NCBI RefSeq assembly: GCF_006345805.1
Contig: NC_043000.1
Coordinates: forward strand, 36,766,001-36,830,000
DNA from: Octopus sinensis
Lineage: Eukaryota
Reading direction: 5' to 3'
DNA length: 64,000 nucleotides
Shown: positions 24,366 to 36,450 of the stretch, piece by piece
Numbering within the stretch: position 1 is the stretch's first letter
Layout of the letters: every line of letters begins with the position of its first letter
Notes under the pieces: model-generated
Told to the model about the DNA's origin: nothing
The model's input: the letters and a program-made list of their open reading frames with translations, nothing else
Databases searched by the model: none
Translations under genes and position numbers: made by a program

Positions 24366-24869
24366 TTCAGTTAAAACTCACTGCCACTTTTTCAATTAAG
24401 CTTTAAAATATGGAAAATAATTTCATTAAGCTTGTGTGTGGAATATTAAATTAGCATAAAATTTTAATGGAATATTTTAATTTACTTCACTTTAAAACAA
24501 AACGTTTATTTATAGAACCAGGGTCGGTCTGAAGGGGGTTAATATTAAAAAGAAAACTTGAAACAGTTCCTCAGTTTGAATTCCCTCACATATTGCGCTA
24601 TCAATTGTAAATATGTCGAGTTGTGTTGTACTTCGAATCCTCAAATAATGTTTGGAGACTTCTTTGGTGGAAACCATCGATGAAAAGCTGTTATTTATTT
24701 CAGCAAAACAATTCGATGATTCCTGTTAGTTATCTTTGTTTAATCAATTTTTTGCTCCTCCTCTCAATGACAGATATTCTTTGCGAAGACGTAAAACTGG
24801 CATTTATAATTATTTAGTTTCTACTTGTTTCAGCCACTGGATTGCGACTATGCAGGCAATGAGTAAAGG

Positions 24870-24871
<2 letters not shown>

Positions 24872-24911
<40 letters not shown>
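24872..24911. repeat. (CT)n microsatellite
   Basis: Direct reading. Confidence 0.95.
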
Positions 24912-24914
<3 letters not shown>

Positions 24915-26539
24915 GTGAGAGAGAAAATTCCTACAATAGACCGAGAAGAGCTTCAGGAGAGGAGGTGGATGATAGAATAGTTATGGAAAGAATTATACAA
25001 AAGAGGAATTTGTTTAATTTAATTTTAATTTATTAAATATTTATCATCTGAAAATTAATTTTCACTTTGGTATTTTGTATTAATCTCATAAATTTTGGTA
25101 AAAGTTAAATTTTATTTACAGTAAGGATGCCATAATTCTTGATTTTACACATAGTGGCAAAAGAATACTAGCAAAGACATCCGTCCGCGATAGAGCAACA
25201 AAAGCTTGGCACAGGCAAAACTATAGCTCGTACTGTTTCACCTTTATATATATATATGTGTGTGTGTGAGTGTACCGGTATTTTAAGTTCCCCTTTCAAG
25301 TGTACCCTTTCAAGTGTTCCCTTTCAAGTTCGTATTTTAATTTAGTATCAGCCTGGCTAATTTTCACACTAATCAGTAAAAGTTTTGTTTACATATTCTA
25401 TACAGGGAACAAAGATTCTCGGTCAGAACACCTTGGTTATTCGTCCCTGGGGAGACTAAATTATCGTAATCCTCCAGCGTTCTCATCGAAGACCTGAGTT
25501 TCTTTTTAACACCCAAGTCTCTTTGGGAGGTTTTGCTAAGACCAAAAGTACTGCAACTAGCGCTATTCCATTCTTTTATACACACCAGTTTGTGTATATG
25601 CGTGTGTGTCACAGAGTATCGCAGGCGGACAAAAACATTTATACGAAAAACGAAACGACATCACAAACGGACGGTTGAACAAGACGAAATAGTGAAATGA
25701 AAGTTAGTCTGTACTCTTATCAGAAAATATACAATACAAAGAAATAGGTAGATAACATAAATGGTTTTCGATCTTGATAAATAAATATCACATGCAAAAT
25801 GACACTTATTGATATATGGATATGTGAGTCTTGGGTCACTTTGTACCCTTTTGTGCCTTCAATTGTGCTAAGACTAGTAAAGGTACCGTCGTAACCTAAA
25901 CCAAGTGTAGACCAATTTTCCCCAGTATTTCTAGAATGAGATGAGAAAAAACCAGCCAGTATCAACTGTGTTTGTGTGTATAGTGTGATATCAATAAACA
26001 CAGCAACATTGACAATATAGACAAGTTGAAAGTGTAACAATAACATTAGAGTAAAAGTACATTGTTGCATTATTAAACATGTTGCTGCTTCCTGTCCGAA
26101 GAAATCACCATCATGCATATATATATATATGCGGACTGTTATAAATTCATACGATTGTGGCATCTGTGTGTTTGTATAAGCCTTGTGTGTAAAGATTTGA
26201 ACATCTTTGGATAGTGTATTTTAATGTGTCTGTATGTGTTTGTGTGTGTATTCAATCGAGACAGTTCTTAATAGCAGTCTCAATCTTAATGAAGCGGAAC
26301 TGTGCCATCGTGAATATATCAGCTTTTCTTTGGCTCAATGGAGCTCTTTTACTCCGCCTCACAACTTGTATACACTTCGCTTTTCACCTAAATTACACAA
26401 ATGTAATGGCTCTATTGATGATTATAGGATCTAACCTAAATCTTGCTCAGTTTCATACACTTTGCTTAAATTATTCCCAGGAGAACAGCTTTGGTGATCC
26501 GAAATGTTATACTCTGTGAAAATTTTATGTTGCATTTAG

Positions 26540-26720
26540 ATAGTCTCGATCGTTCTATGAAATCAATACAGCAGAAACCGAGTGTTAATTCTCTCTTCGT
26601 ACAACATTGTCCAATCTTTAATATTCAATTGATCCAGGCATTGCTGTTAAACTAATCCGTCATCAGAATCATGTTGAGTCGAAATTTATATAGAACTGAT
26701 TTATTGCGACTCCAATAAGA
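26540..26720 (+). repeat. Unclassified interspersed repeat (second copy at about 32985-33155)
   Basis: Shared GTTAATTCTCTC..TACAACATTGT..ATATTCAATTGATC..CTAATC.GTCATCAGAATCAT.TTGAGTC. Confidence 0.75.
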
Positions 26721-28704
26721 TCTCATTTTTTTTTCTTGTCCTTTAGTCTCTCGTTTCATGACGAAATAGTCACTCCTAGAACCGGTCACAAACGTCATAT
26801 TGTGGATATATAATCACATCTACAACTGAAGCAGAAGACCTGATCGTGACGCCATTTTTATATTGAAGGATATAATTTAATTTTCCGAAATAATGTGAAT
26901 AATTTAGAATCTATCAAACTCGACAACTGGCTATGTAGTATGGTTTTCTATTAAATTCTTTTCCCGTATTAATTTAGAATTAATCATAGATTTTCAAACA
27001 CGTTTATCTAATATATTTCTCATGCCATGGATATTTTAATTGAATGCACATTTGCCTTTCCACAAGATATTGGATTCACTTGGAAGCTTCTTTAATTAAG
27101 AACTGTAAAGTACGCTGGAATAGTTGAACACGGTTATTTCCCTTTCTATTTTAGACTGGTGTTTACTCGTCGCGTGTTCTCAGGTTGTTCGCAGTGAGAG
27201 ATAAGACGTGAATGTCTATAGACGATGACAACAGGGAAATTTGTGTTTCCAAACATTTTATTAACCTCCATCGTTATATTTAGAAACCTACATTCAATAT
27301 ATTAATGGATCAATGTTTAATGAACAGAAGGGCTGGTAATTTTCTGTGTATAACTTGCTGGGTAATATAATGAAAGTAATGCAAGGAACTTAATCACTGC
27401 TTTATAATCAATATGTGTTACTGGGCAATGCAAATATGGGTTAGGAATTTTGTTGACTCTGACGTAATTATGTTGCTTAAAAGGGAGAGGTTGAGTGAGA
27501 AACTTGTTGAGGCAAGCGACATTGATCCCCAATGATGCCTGCGTTTTTCTAGTTATGTTAGATAAGATTAGCTTATTATATCTATTAGCAATCCTTCTGG
27601 ATTTTCGGCCAAACAGTTTGGCGGGAAAACTTATCAGCCATAACAAGTCAGGCAGTGTTGATTGGTCGAGACATGAAGTTAATTTTTAATACCGTTTATG
27701 GTGAAGCTTTTCCTTTTTATAGAAAGATATTAGTTCGTGGTAAAATTTGAGAACTATGGTTCAAATTTCAACGAGGAGGTGGAGTGTCTCAGTACAGTGT
27801 CATCTGATGCATCTAGAACATGTTGTTGTTCTTACAAAATGTTTATCCACTAAAAATATATTTCTATTCAAACATTCTCTTTCACTTAAGTTATATAACT
27901 TAACTGGTTCTTACAGTTAGAATATAAGCTGTATCTACATAATAAATTTACTTTTCAAATAATAAAAAGTTAATAGTGAGAGTAAGTACCCAACATGCCT
28001 AGAAACGTGACGTCACAACAGTCCCATGAAAGGCAACTCCAGTCACTTAAACGAACGATACCTTACGGTCGGGTTTTATTCTAAAATCGTTGAATAGAAA
28101 TTTCCAGTAAAGTAAAAAGTTCGATAGTAAGCATTGAATCGTTCCCGACATGCTTAGCAAAATTACGTCACAGCACTTCCATGAAAGACGACTCCGTCGC
28201 TTTAATGCGTGGCTGTTGTTACACTCTGCATTTCTTTTTCCGCTATATATTCCACTTAAATGTCTCCAAATGGCATTTATTTTTGATTTATTGCATTCTT
28301 TTTATGTTGCACTCCTAAACTTTTAAAGTCTTTGAAATATGTTTTAACGTTCGGATCACGGTTACATTGAAAGTAATGGTTGTAGCTTTGCTGAGTGTAT
28401 TTTATGTGTTGCTTTAATTTCGCTTTCCTGCAGATTCAATCGTTATGTGATAGTTCTCCTTTTATTTGCGCCTGAGACAGCTCTTGACATTGTTCAAGGA
28501 TATATGTTGAATAATATCAACTATATACAAGGTACGATGAAAGAGGTTATATAAGTAGACATAAACGACTTTTTAAGCTAACATTGAAGCATAAATCTCA
28601 GTTTTTAGAGGAAAATTCACAGAACAGAACTGCCTAAAAGGGATATAACATTGGAAACGGTGATGCCCTAAACACAAAAGGTTTAAAAGCATGTTACGCA
28701 ATTC

Positions 28705-28888
28705 TTTTATCTTTTACTTGCTTCAGGCATTAGACTGCGATCATGCTGGAGCACCAACTTGAATTTTTAGTCGAACGAATCGTCCCTAATACTAGGGTAG
28801 TTCTTCTATCGGGCTATTTTGCTGAACCGTTAAGTTACGGGGTCATAAACGCCGGTTGTCAATCGGTGGTAAGAGGAACAAAGACACA

Positions 28889-28944
<56 letters not shown>
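28705..28944 (-). mobile_element. SINE family B 3' half ending in (AT)n at 28892-28944
   Basis: TTTTACTTGCTTCAGGCATTAGACTGCGATCATGCTGGAGCACC..CCGGTTGTCAA. Confidence 0.8.
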
Positions 28945-28947
<3 letters not shown>

Positions 28948-28980
28948 GAAAGAATTGAGTTGAACGACGAATTAACAAAA

Positions 28981-29079
28981 TTCCTTTATTCTCGACATAT
29001 GTTTCGAAGGCTGCATATTCCTAATTTCGAAGGAATAAGGGGTGCATTATGCCGCCTTCTCATCAGGAAAAACAAGGAA
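28981..29079 (-). ncRNA. Type I hammerhead ribozyme (PLE type, palindromic helix III)
   Basis: Minus: UUCCUUGUUUUUC-CUGAUGA-GAAGGC..GCCUUC-GAAA-CAUAUG-UC/GAGAAUAAAGGAA. All core nucleotides present; GUC triplet; predicted cut between 28994 and 28993. Confidence 0.88.
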
Positions 29080-29663
29080 CTTATGTCAGCATCAAGATGA
29101 ACAAAAACTTTTAGATGACTGCCCACACGGAGCCCATAGCGATAATGAGTGTTTCTGTAAAATAATCCGTTATAAGCAGTGACGTCAAAAATGGTTGAAT
29201 GTAGAAGATTCTAGAAGGTTCAAGGGTTCAAACAAGGTTGGAGGAGAGAGGTCTAAGAATAGGAAGGTGACAGGGTGCAAGTCATATGAATGGTGATTTG
29301 TTGTTGTTTTCTTTTGTGATTGAGTGCCTATGTGTGTGTATGTATATAACTGCATTCATGTCTATGTGTGTGCGTGATTGTGTGTGTGGTTGGGTAGATG
29401 CCAAAAACAAACAGTGGTGAAGTGACAGATTTGTGTCTGTGTGTTTGATTGTGCTTACGATAGAGAGAGGGACAGAGAGAGAGAGAGAGAGGAGGGCGAG
29501 GTAGAGAGACAAAGGTAAAACATACCTCAATGGATTGGGTAGTAGTCCTTTATGAGTATAAAAATTGACTATGGGGGTGATGTATAAATGGAACTAAATT
29601 ATTAAAATTCAAGGAGGTTATCTATATTAATCATCATTCATATGAGGGAAAGGTGTGTTTCTG

Positions 29664-30113
29664 CTAGTGCATGCACCTATAGGATTTTTCGACCATTGTA
29701 TTTATTAAAAGGACTTTGGCGAACAATATATGGAAAAGTTCGGAATTACAGACGCCACAAAATTTTCTGCCCTTATCAAACGAAAAGGATACAGACAATA
29801 TGGACCATTCCAGCTTGAAAGTTGTATTGCTGTCTTTAAGACGCCAAACTAATTTACTTAGTCCTGTGCTTTGTTGTTTTCTCTTATCTCGGAAAGTTGA
29901 ATAATGATTGGAGATCCTCTGGGCTAATTTAGAAGTAGTTGCCCCAATGTAGAAGAAGACATCGGCACCGGAAGAAATTTTACACTGGTAAATGGAATTT
30001 CTAATTTTGGAATTGCTGGATAAGAACTTTAATCTGTTAGGGTTTACCTCCGAGACTAAGACGGAGTTTTTATTGTTATGATTGCTGTTAATATTATTGC
30101 TAGCATTGACCAC
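29664..30113 (-). CDS. Penelope-type GIY-YIG endonuclease domain, no internal stop; frame open upstream to 30188, no in-frame ATG upstream of the domain
   Basis: SIYQCKI..FYIGATT (GIY-YIG), QRISNH, STGLSKLVW.LK, CGVCNSE, LIN..E..CMH. Confidence 0.85.
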   Translation of the reverse strand: MVNASNNINSNHNNKNSVLVSEVNPNRLKFLSSNSKIRNSIYQCKISSGADVFFYIGATTSKLAQRISNHYSTFRDKRKQQSTGLSKLVWRLKDSNTTFKLEWSILSVSFSFDKGRKFCGVCNSELFHILFAKVLLINTMVEKSYRCMH

Positions 30114-30139
30114 AATACTATTCCTATCATTATCATTAC

Positions 30140-30325
30140 TATTAATTGTACTATCATCGGCAATTTCCCTGACTATAGTCCCCGTATCTTAGCGGTTCGG
30201 CAAAAGAAACCGATAGAATAATTACTAGGTTTACAGAAAATAAAAATCCTAGGGTCGATTTGTTCGATTCAAGGCGATGCTGCAGCATGGCCGCAGTCAA
30301 ATGACTGAAACAAATAAAAGCATAA
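30140..30325 (+). mobile_element. SINE family B 3' half
   Basis: GTCCCCGTATCTTAGCGGTTCGGCAAAAG..GCATGGCCGCAGTCAAATGACTGAAAC. Confidence 0.8.
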
Positions 30326-32675
30326 AAGAATATATTGTCCACTTATCCCGACTCTCTCTCTCTTCTTTCTTTCTCTCTCTCTCCCTCTATTTTTCCTTCT
30401 CTGTATCTGTCTCATTCTCACACTGTGTGTGTGTGTGTGTCTATGTGCTTCTGTATGCGATTTATAGTTTAGATTGAATGATAGCTATTGATACATACAT
30501 ATATATATTCGCATCTCATATATATAAACGCGCGCGCATATATGTGTGTGTGTATGTATATATATACATATATATATACACAACGTAACATTTGACAGAA
30601 AGGCGACAGAAGCACTGGGGAAGATTTGAGAGGGAGAGGCGATAGAAAGGCAACCAGATAGAAAGGAGGAGGGGGGAGAGATATTAAGAGAAACACAAAG
30701 AGTGGGAGGAAAGAAGAAAAAAGCACTTAGATTACATATATCATATTCATAGAATTGGAAAAGTGAAATCATAGGTGATCGATAGATCAATAATAAACCT
30801 AAAATAAAAAGAGCACAGATAGGAGGTAGGTAGAAATTAGAGCGTGAGTGTGAGGGAGAGAAAGGGACTGGTTGGTGGTGGCGGTAGAACATGAATAGAA
30901 AGATATCGACAAGGCAAGGAAATGAATGTGTGCGTGTATGCATTTGTGTATACATGTGTGTGTGCATATATTTTTATATGTGTGTGTATGCGTGTATAGG
31001 CACATAGACACACACGAATTGTAAAGTTCCGCGTATCTTTCCATTTACATAACTCCATTTTATTATTGTACTCAAGTTCTGAATTTGACGTAATTCTATA
31101 TTAAGTTCTGCTTCGTTGAGCTCTTTTAGAACTAGAATGTTCTTCTTTGTCTTCTTGATATTATTATTAGAGAAGTTTCTGGATATTTACTCAAATCGTT
31201 TGAAATAGTAGATACATATCTCTGTCATATCACACCATTCCGTCTTAAAAATAAAAGGGAAGGTTTGAGTAAAGTCATCGAACTTATATTAAAGAATTGA
31301 TAACAACTGTAGCCGATAATCGCAAAAGTCACCTGATCGAGGTGGATCTGGAAGTAGATAAAAAAAACAATAACCCAATGTAAGAAATCGCTTTACTAAT
31401 TCCAAGAATGTCAGTCGCGATTTGCCTTGTTTATATATATCCTCGTTTGGTACGGGTTTTGAATTCATGAACCCTCTGCACGCACGTTGTAAATGGAACG
31501 AGAGAGAGAGAGAGATTCATTGGCACCAAACTTGTTGTCCACAACAGTAAAGCCTTTCACTTTAACGTACTTCGTTGATCCTTTCTAATTCTTCCCGTAG
31601 AGAATCCATTCATCTGCTTTGTTGGTCAGGATCAGGCACCTTCTTATTTTTCGGTTCACTGGTTCTATGTTGAAAGTAACAAATAGATAAACCCGTTTAA
31701 AGATTGTGCAGCCTTTCGGTACGATGATGTATACATAAGTGATAGTCGATGCATTCTGGGTTAGTCGAAGATTAAGGCGTGGTCACTGGTTTGTGTGTTT
31801 GCAGTGCAAACGGAATCATCGACTGAATGCTAACCCTTATTCTCACAGATCAATCCGTGGTAAGAGTAGCAAGGTTCAGAATGGAGCGTATCCTGTTATC
31901 TCGCAACGGTGACGAATAAATTATGGTTAAACGTGTCTACATGTATTTCTTGTGGGATGGATTCTTTATTCAATATTATGAGTTTACCTCCAAGGTTGTG
32001 TACAGAAGTTTGATTCGCAATTGCTCGCAGTTTGGGATTCAGTCTTGGCATTTTAAACAAATGTCTTTTCTAACACCGTGTACGTTTCACTAAAGATTTC
32101 TGAGAGAAGTCTTTACTTCTTGGAATCTCACGAGAGATATCGTGCTTGGTTCGTATACCTGATCCATTACGTAGTTTAATACACACGTGATAGTTTGGAG
32201 TCATTGCCAAGGGTAGCAGAACTACAAGAATTTGGTCCAAGTCTCCAGCCTGAGGATAAATTCTTCTCAGCATTCTCAGTGACGCTGAAAAAGGTCTCGG
32301 ATTCTGTAATTCCACCACTGACAAAGCCATAGAAGATAATTAAAAGAATTAATAAATAAAAATGTGCCTGCTTGTTTGGCAAGGTTTCGAATTCTGTAAT
32401 AGCATTTCTTTATCAGAAGATATCCAAGAAGCCATTTGATGATAAAACATAATTTAGACTTGATAGATTTTAAGTCAACTTGGATGGGAATTGAACCTAG
32501 GCTACAAAGGAACGTAGTCTGAATACTACCAGATACTGGGCCTTACACGCTTTCCAGTCTATATTCTTAACCCCCGTGGATCCTTATCAAAAACTACATC
32601 CCAGGAAAAACCCTGTCAGCATATTTTTCATTCTTTAAAATAAAGTAAATCCCTGTTTGATATGAAGTTTAATAT

Positions 32676-32722
32676 GTCATCAGGGCCAAGAGTCATCAGG
32701 GGCCAAGAGTCATCAGGGCCAA
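32676..32722 (+). repeat. Triplicated 16-17-mer GTCATCAGGGCCAAGA
   Basis: Units at 32676, 32692 and 32709. Confidence 0.9.
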
Positions 32723-33164
32723 AGCGGTTCGTTGTCTCGGCAGTTTGAGGGAAATGAATAGCAAATGTCATTTCAACTATAAACATGGTGTCGTCATATT
32801 TAGCGCAGTGATAAAAAGAAATATAATTATTTAACCATAATTATTTGGTGACAAAGACAACATATCATTTTGATGCTTTTCACTTGTTTCCCTTATAGGA
32901 CTACGGCCATGTTGCGATGTCGCTAATCACCTTTAAGGGGTCAGGGGAACAAAAGTCTTCTGCTAGAATCCTGAGGCGACCAATTTAAAGTTTCGCTGGT
33001 TCTGTGCAATCAATGCAGCGGAAACCATTGTTAATTCTCTCCATACAACATTGTTCCAGCTTTGATATTCAATTGATCTCGTGTTACACTAATCTGTCAT
33101 CAGAATCATATTGAGTCACAGTTTATACAGCACTGACCTCTTGTAACTCCAATGAATAAATTTG

Positions 33165-33392
33165 AGAAACAGAAACTGTGTGCAAGTCCGTTGTGTGTGT
33201 GTGTTCCTCTCCTTATCTGACAACCGCTGATGGTTTGTTTACGACCCTGTACCTTAGCGGTCCGGCTAAAAGGAATTGTAAGATAAGTAGCAGATTTAGG
33301 AAGATGTACTGGTGTCGATTGTTTGACTAAACTTTCAAAGCGATGTCCCAGTATGGCCGCAGTCCAATGGCAAAGAAATGAAAGACGAAAGA
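33165..33392 (+). mobile_element. SINE family B, mostly 3' part
   Basis: AGAAACTG..(GT)n..TGACAACCG..CTTAGCGGTCCGGC..GTATGGCCGCAGTC. Confidence 0.7.
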
Positions 33393-33538
33393 TTACTGAT
33401 ATAATATATTCAGAGATAATATCTCCACAATAAAGAAAACCAACTTACTCTGTTCATAATTGATGTCGGGAGGAAATTGACTTCAGTCAGGTTGAATAGG
33501 GGAGAAAACTTATTTATTTCTTTATTGGTTGACTTCCT

Positions 33539-33745
33539 TAAGACGGTAGTGAGCTGGCAGAATCGTGAGCGCACAGGACAAAATGCTTTTCTTCAAGATC
33601 ATTACGTTCTGAGTTCAAATTCCGCCGAGGTCAACTATTACTTTTATCCTTTCGGGGGTTGAGAAAAATAAGTAGCAGTCAAGTACTGGAGTTGATGCAT
33701 TCTATTAATTCCCTATCCCTTTAGTATTTCAGGCCTGGTGCCAGA
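33539..33745 (+). mobile_element. SINE family A
   Basis: GAGCTGGCAGAATCG..GAGTTCAAATTCCGCCGAGGTC. Confidence 0.75.
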
Positions 33746-34296
33746 TTCATACATTTTCAACAGTTGCTTCGTAATCATTACTAATGTAGGTGAACAGATT
33801 CGTAAGAAGGAAATTGCACACCAACCAAGCGCTACGTCGAATGACTGCTGTCAGTGACGACGCCATATCGAAGTTTATTTTTCATAAGCCGTACATGAAT
33901 GCTTAAACTCGCTACAATGTTTCAGGCTTTGTTTGTGTTGATTGGTAAGAAGACAATCTTTGTTATTCTTGAAAAGTCGTGATACCTAACACCTTTAAAT
34001 ACCTCATATCTTCGGTAAGTTTGCATCTTACATTAGCTTCTTGCAGATAGCATATCTTACTGATGTGAATAATTTGTCTAAGGTTTCTGTTTTCATGTTC
34101 ATTGCCACCGAAACGTTGCACACAAATCTCATTATTCTGGTGCTGGTGCCATCATCAGTGTTCTTTGTGCAGTTTGTTTTTTCTTTATAATTCTGGGTTA
34201 GGAGTTATCCTCATTAGATTGAAAACTTTTAGCTTTATTTCGTTCTTATTTCACACATATTACATCTCTCCGCATCATCTATCTATCTAGATCTAC

Positions 34297-34343
<47 letters not shown>

Positions 34344-35344
34344 CAGTTCGAGGTCTACTTATTATATCTCCCTCGTTTTTTCTCTTTTTCTCTCTCTCTC
34401 ACGAAACGGCTGCGTAAACATTGTATATGTATGTGTTCCTTCTACGAATCTAATAAATCACATCACACATGTATGCGAGACACTCTCTTTCTCCCTCTCA
34501 TATATATATATGCCGATATGTGAACGTAATTATATATAACAGTTGTTTACTTATTTGTTTATTTGTGTGGGCGTGTGTGTGTGTGCACATACACTCATAT
34601 ATGCATTATCAGGAATAGAGTTTGCCGCCGAGGAACACTAACTGTTCTTCTCTCTCCTTAGAGTCTATATTTTCTTCAGTTCGTAGTGAATTTATCAGAA
34701 ACGAAACTGCAGCTAAATTTAGCAGTCAGCCATCATGTCTTCGCCTTTTCCAAAATAAAACATCCCCAAACCTAATCACGGTTGGACAAACACAGTTATT
34801 TCACATCAATTGGCCAACGAGCATTCAACATTATTCACAAAGTTTTCCACCAAAATATATCCGAACAGAAAATCCATCTTGTCATAGTATTTCATAAAAT
34901 ATTAGCCAGGCTGTAAATCTGTTGTTTTGCTTTTCTTTTATTCTTTAATAATCTCTTCTTTTTTTTTTCACACAAAAGAACATTCCCACAATTGATTTGG
35001 ACAAAGGAAACCGTTTTCAATTATAACATACTCTGGGAGCCATGTCTTAAGTTGTTGCTCACCGAGTCGTATCCGAAATACTGTGTGTGTGTGTGTGTGT
35101 GTGTGGGTGTAAATCACTTGGATGTAGTGAGTACATATCGAACACTGAGGTTTTCAACTTCAAATGCAAATTCAATCTCTGCTAACTAAATATCTCGACA
35201 TTCATTCAGGCGAAATAAATATACTGCTACAACTGCAATTTCGTTTCCTTGAACTTTAGGACTCATAAGGCCGGCTGCTCAGTTTCCATAAGCGACCATG
35301 ATCACAACATGTTTCCCTGAAAGGGACTTCGATTTGCTGCAGAT

Positions 35345-35522
35345 TTCAAGGCCAACAGACATCGATCGCAGTTGTTGGCTAGTACTTAATTTCATCGACC
35401 CTCAATGGGATGAAAGGCAAAGTTGACCTTGGCGGGATATGAACTCAGAATGTAAAGACCCGAAAGAAATATCGCTAAACGTTTTTCCAACGAGCTAACG
35501 ATTCTGTAAACTCGCCGCCATT
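35345..35522 (-). mobile_element. SINE family A
   Basis: GGATGAAAGGCAAAGTTGACC..GAACTCAGAA..AACGATTCTG..CTCGCCGCC. Confidence 0.75.
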
Positions 35523-35906
35523 AAATAATGCTATAAAACCCTAAAAATGAAAGGCCCCATTAGATGTGGTTCGAGATAGGTTTTGTCTTAGCTTCAGGGA
35601 ACTTGACCATAAATATGATTGCTTAGAAACATCTTAGATTTAAACAACAGCGACTATATTCACTCAACTCTAGCCGTCACTTCCTCCTTCACATGACTAC
35701 CACAAAGTAAATATTGCCCAACTATTTTCCCCCAAAACACTTGCCCATCATTATCCTAACTCAGTCATCAATAACCAAAAGAAAAAAAATACAAAACGTT
35801 TTCTTATATGTACTACGAAATAAGCTAACGATGGAAATCCAATGACATTACAATCTCCAGTATATTTCTGGACAAGTCTATATACACACGCAGTATATGC
35901 AGTCAA

Positions 35907-35936
<30 letters not shown>

Positions 35937-35938
<2 letters not shown>

Positions 35939-36150
35939 CCCTTCTGTCTGGCAGTCGCCATGATAGATCGTTAGCCACTACACACATTTTTCTCTCCTTA
36001 TTTTTTTTTGTGTCCCTTTCTGTAGAAGAGCGTAGGCACGAAACGTAAAAGACATTTTCTATTCCTGAGCGTTATACAAATACATATGTTTGTTTTGTAC
36101 ACCACCTGTCTTCGTGCTTTGTTTTTTTCGTAAACTCCCCCAATATATAA
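35937..36150 (+). mobile_element. PLE pLTR-like mini-fragment with a decayed minimal hammerhead (36010-36055)
   Basis: Starts at (AT)n; CTGTAGA-AGAGCGTAGGCAC-GAAA-CG-TA. Confidence 0.5.
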
Positions 36151-36171
36151 TGTGTGTATGTATGTATCATA

Positions 36172-36408
36172 TATTTTGTCTTTCGTTTCAGTCATTAGAC
36201 TGCGACCAATCTTGGGCACCGCTTTGCAGAATTATAGTTGAACGAATCGACCCTAGTGCTCCTTTTTTATTTTCAAGCCTGTTACTTATTCTATCAGTCC
36301 TTTTTGCCTAACCTCTAAGTTACGGGGATGTAAACACACCAACACCTGTTGTCTTGCAATGTTGCAGGATAAATACCGACTCAGTCACACACACATACAT
36401 ACATACAT

Positions 36409-36449
<41 letters not shown>
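36172..36449 (-). mobile_element. SINE family B 3' half plus (AC)n
   Basis: TTTCAGTCATTAGACTGCGACC..TAAGTTACGGGGATGTAAACACACC. Confidence 0.8.

Positions 36450-36450
<1 letters not shown>

Larger units (their letters stand above)
28944..30170 (-). mobile_element. 5'-truncated Penelope-like retroelement (EN frame, 3' region, pLTR with hammerhead)
   Basis: GIY-YIG frame, about 580 nt of non-coding sequence with (TC)n/(CA)n, hammerhead, AATAAA, then junction with (TA)n. Confidence 0.85.

Noticed and set aside
24375-24545. TTAA-CCC-ended, piggyBac-like MITE fragment
   Set aside because: Only one end visible; recognised from memory, not supportable from the window alone.
20117-29187. Three perfect TGACGTCA sites (20117, 28008, 29180)
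   Set aside because: About 0.7 expected by chance from a rough base-composition estimate; not a meaningful excess.
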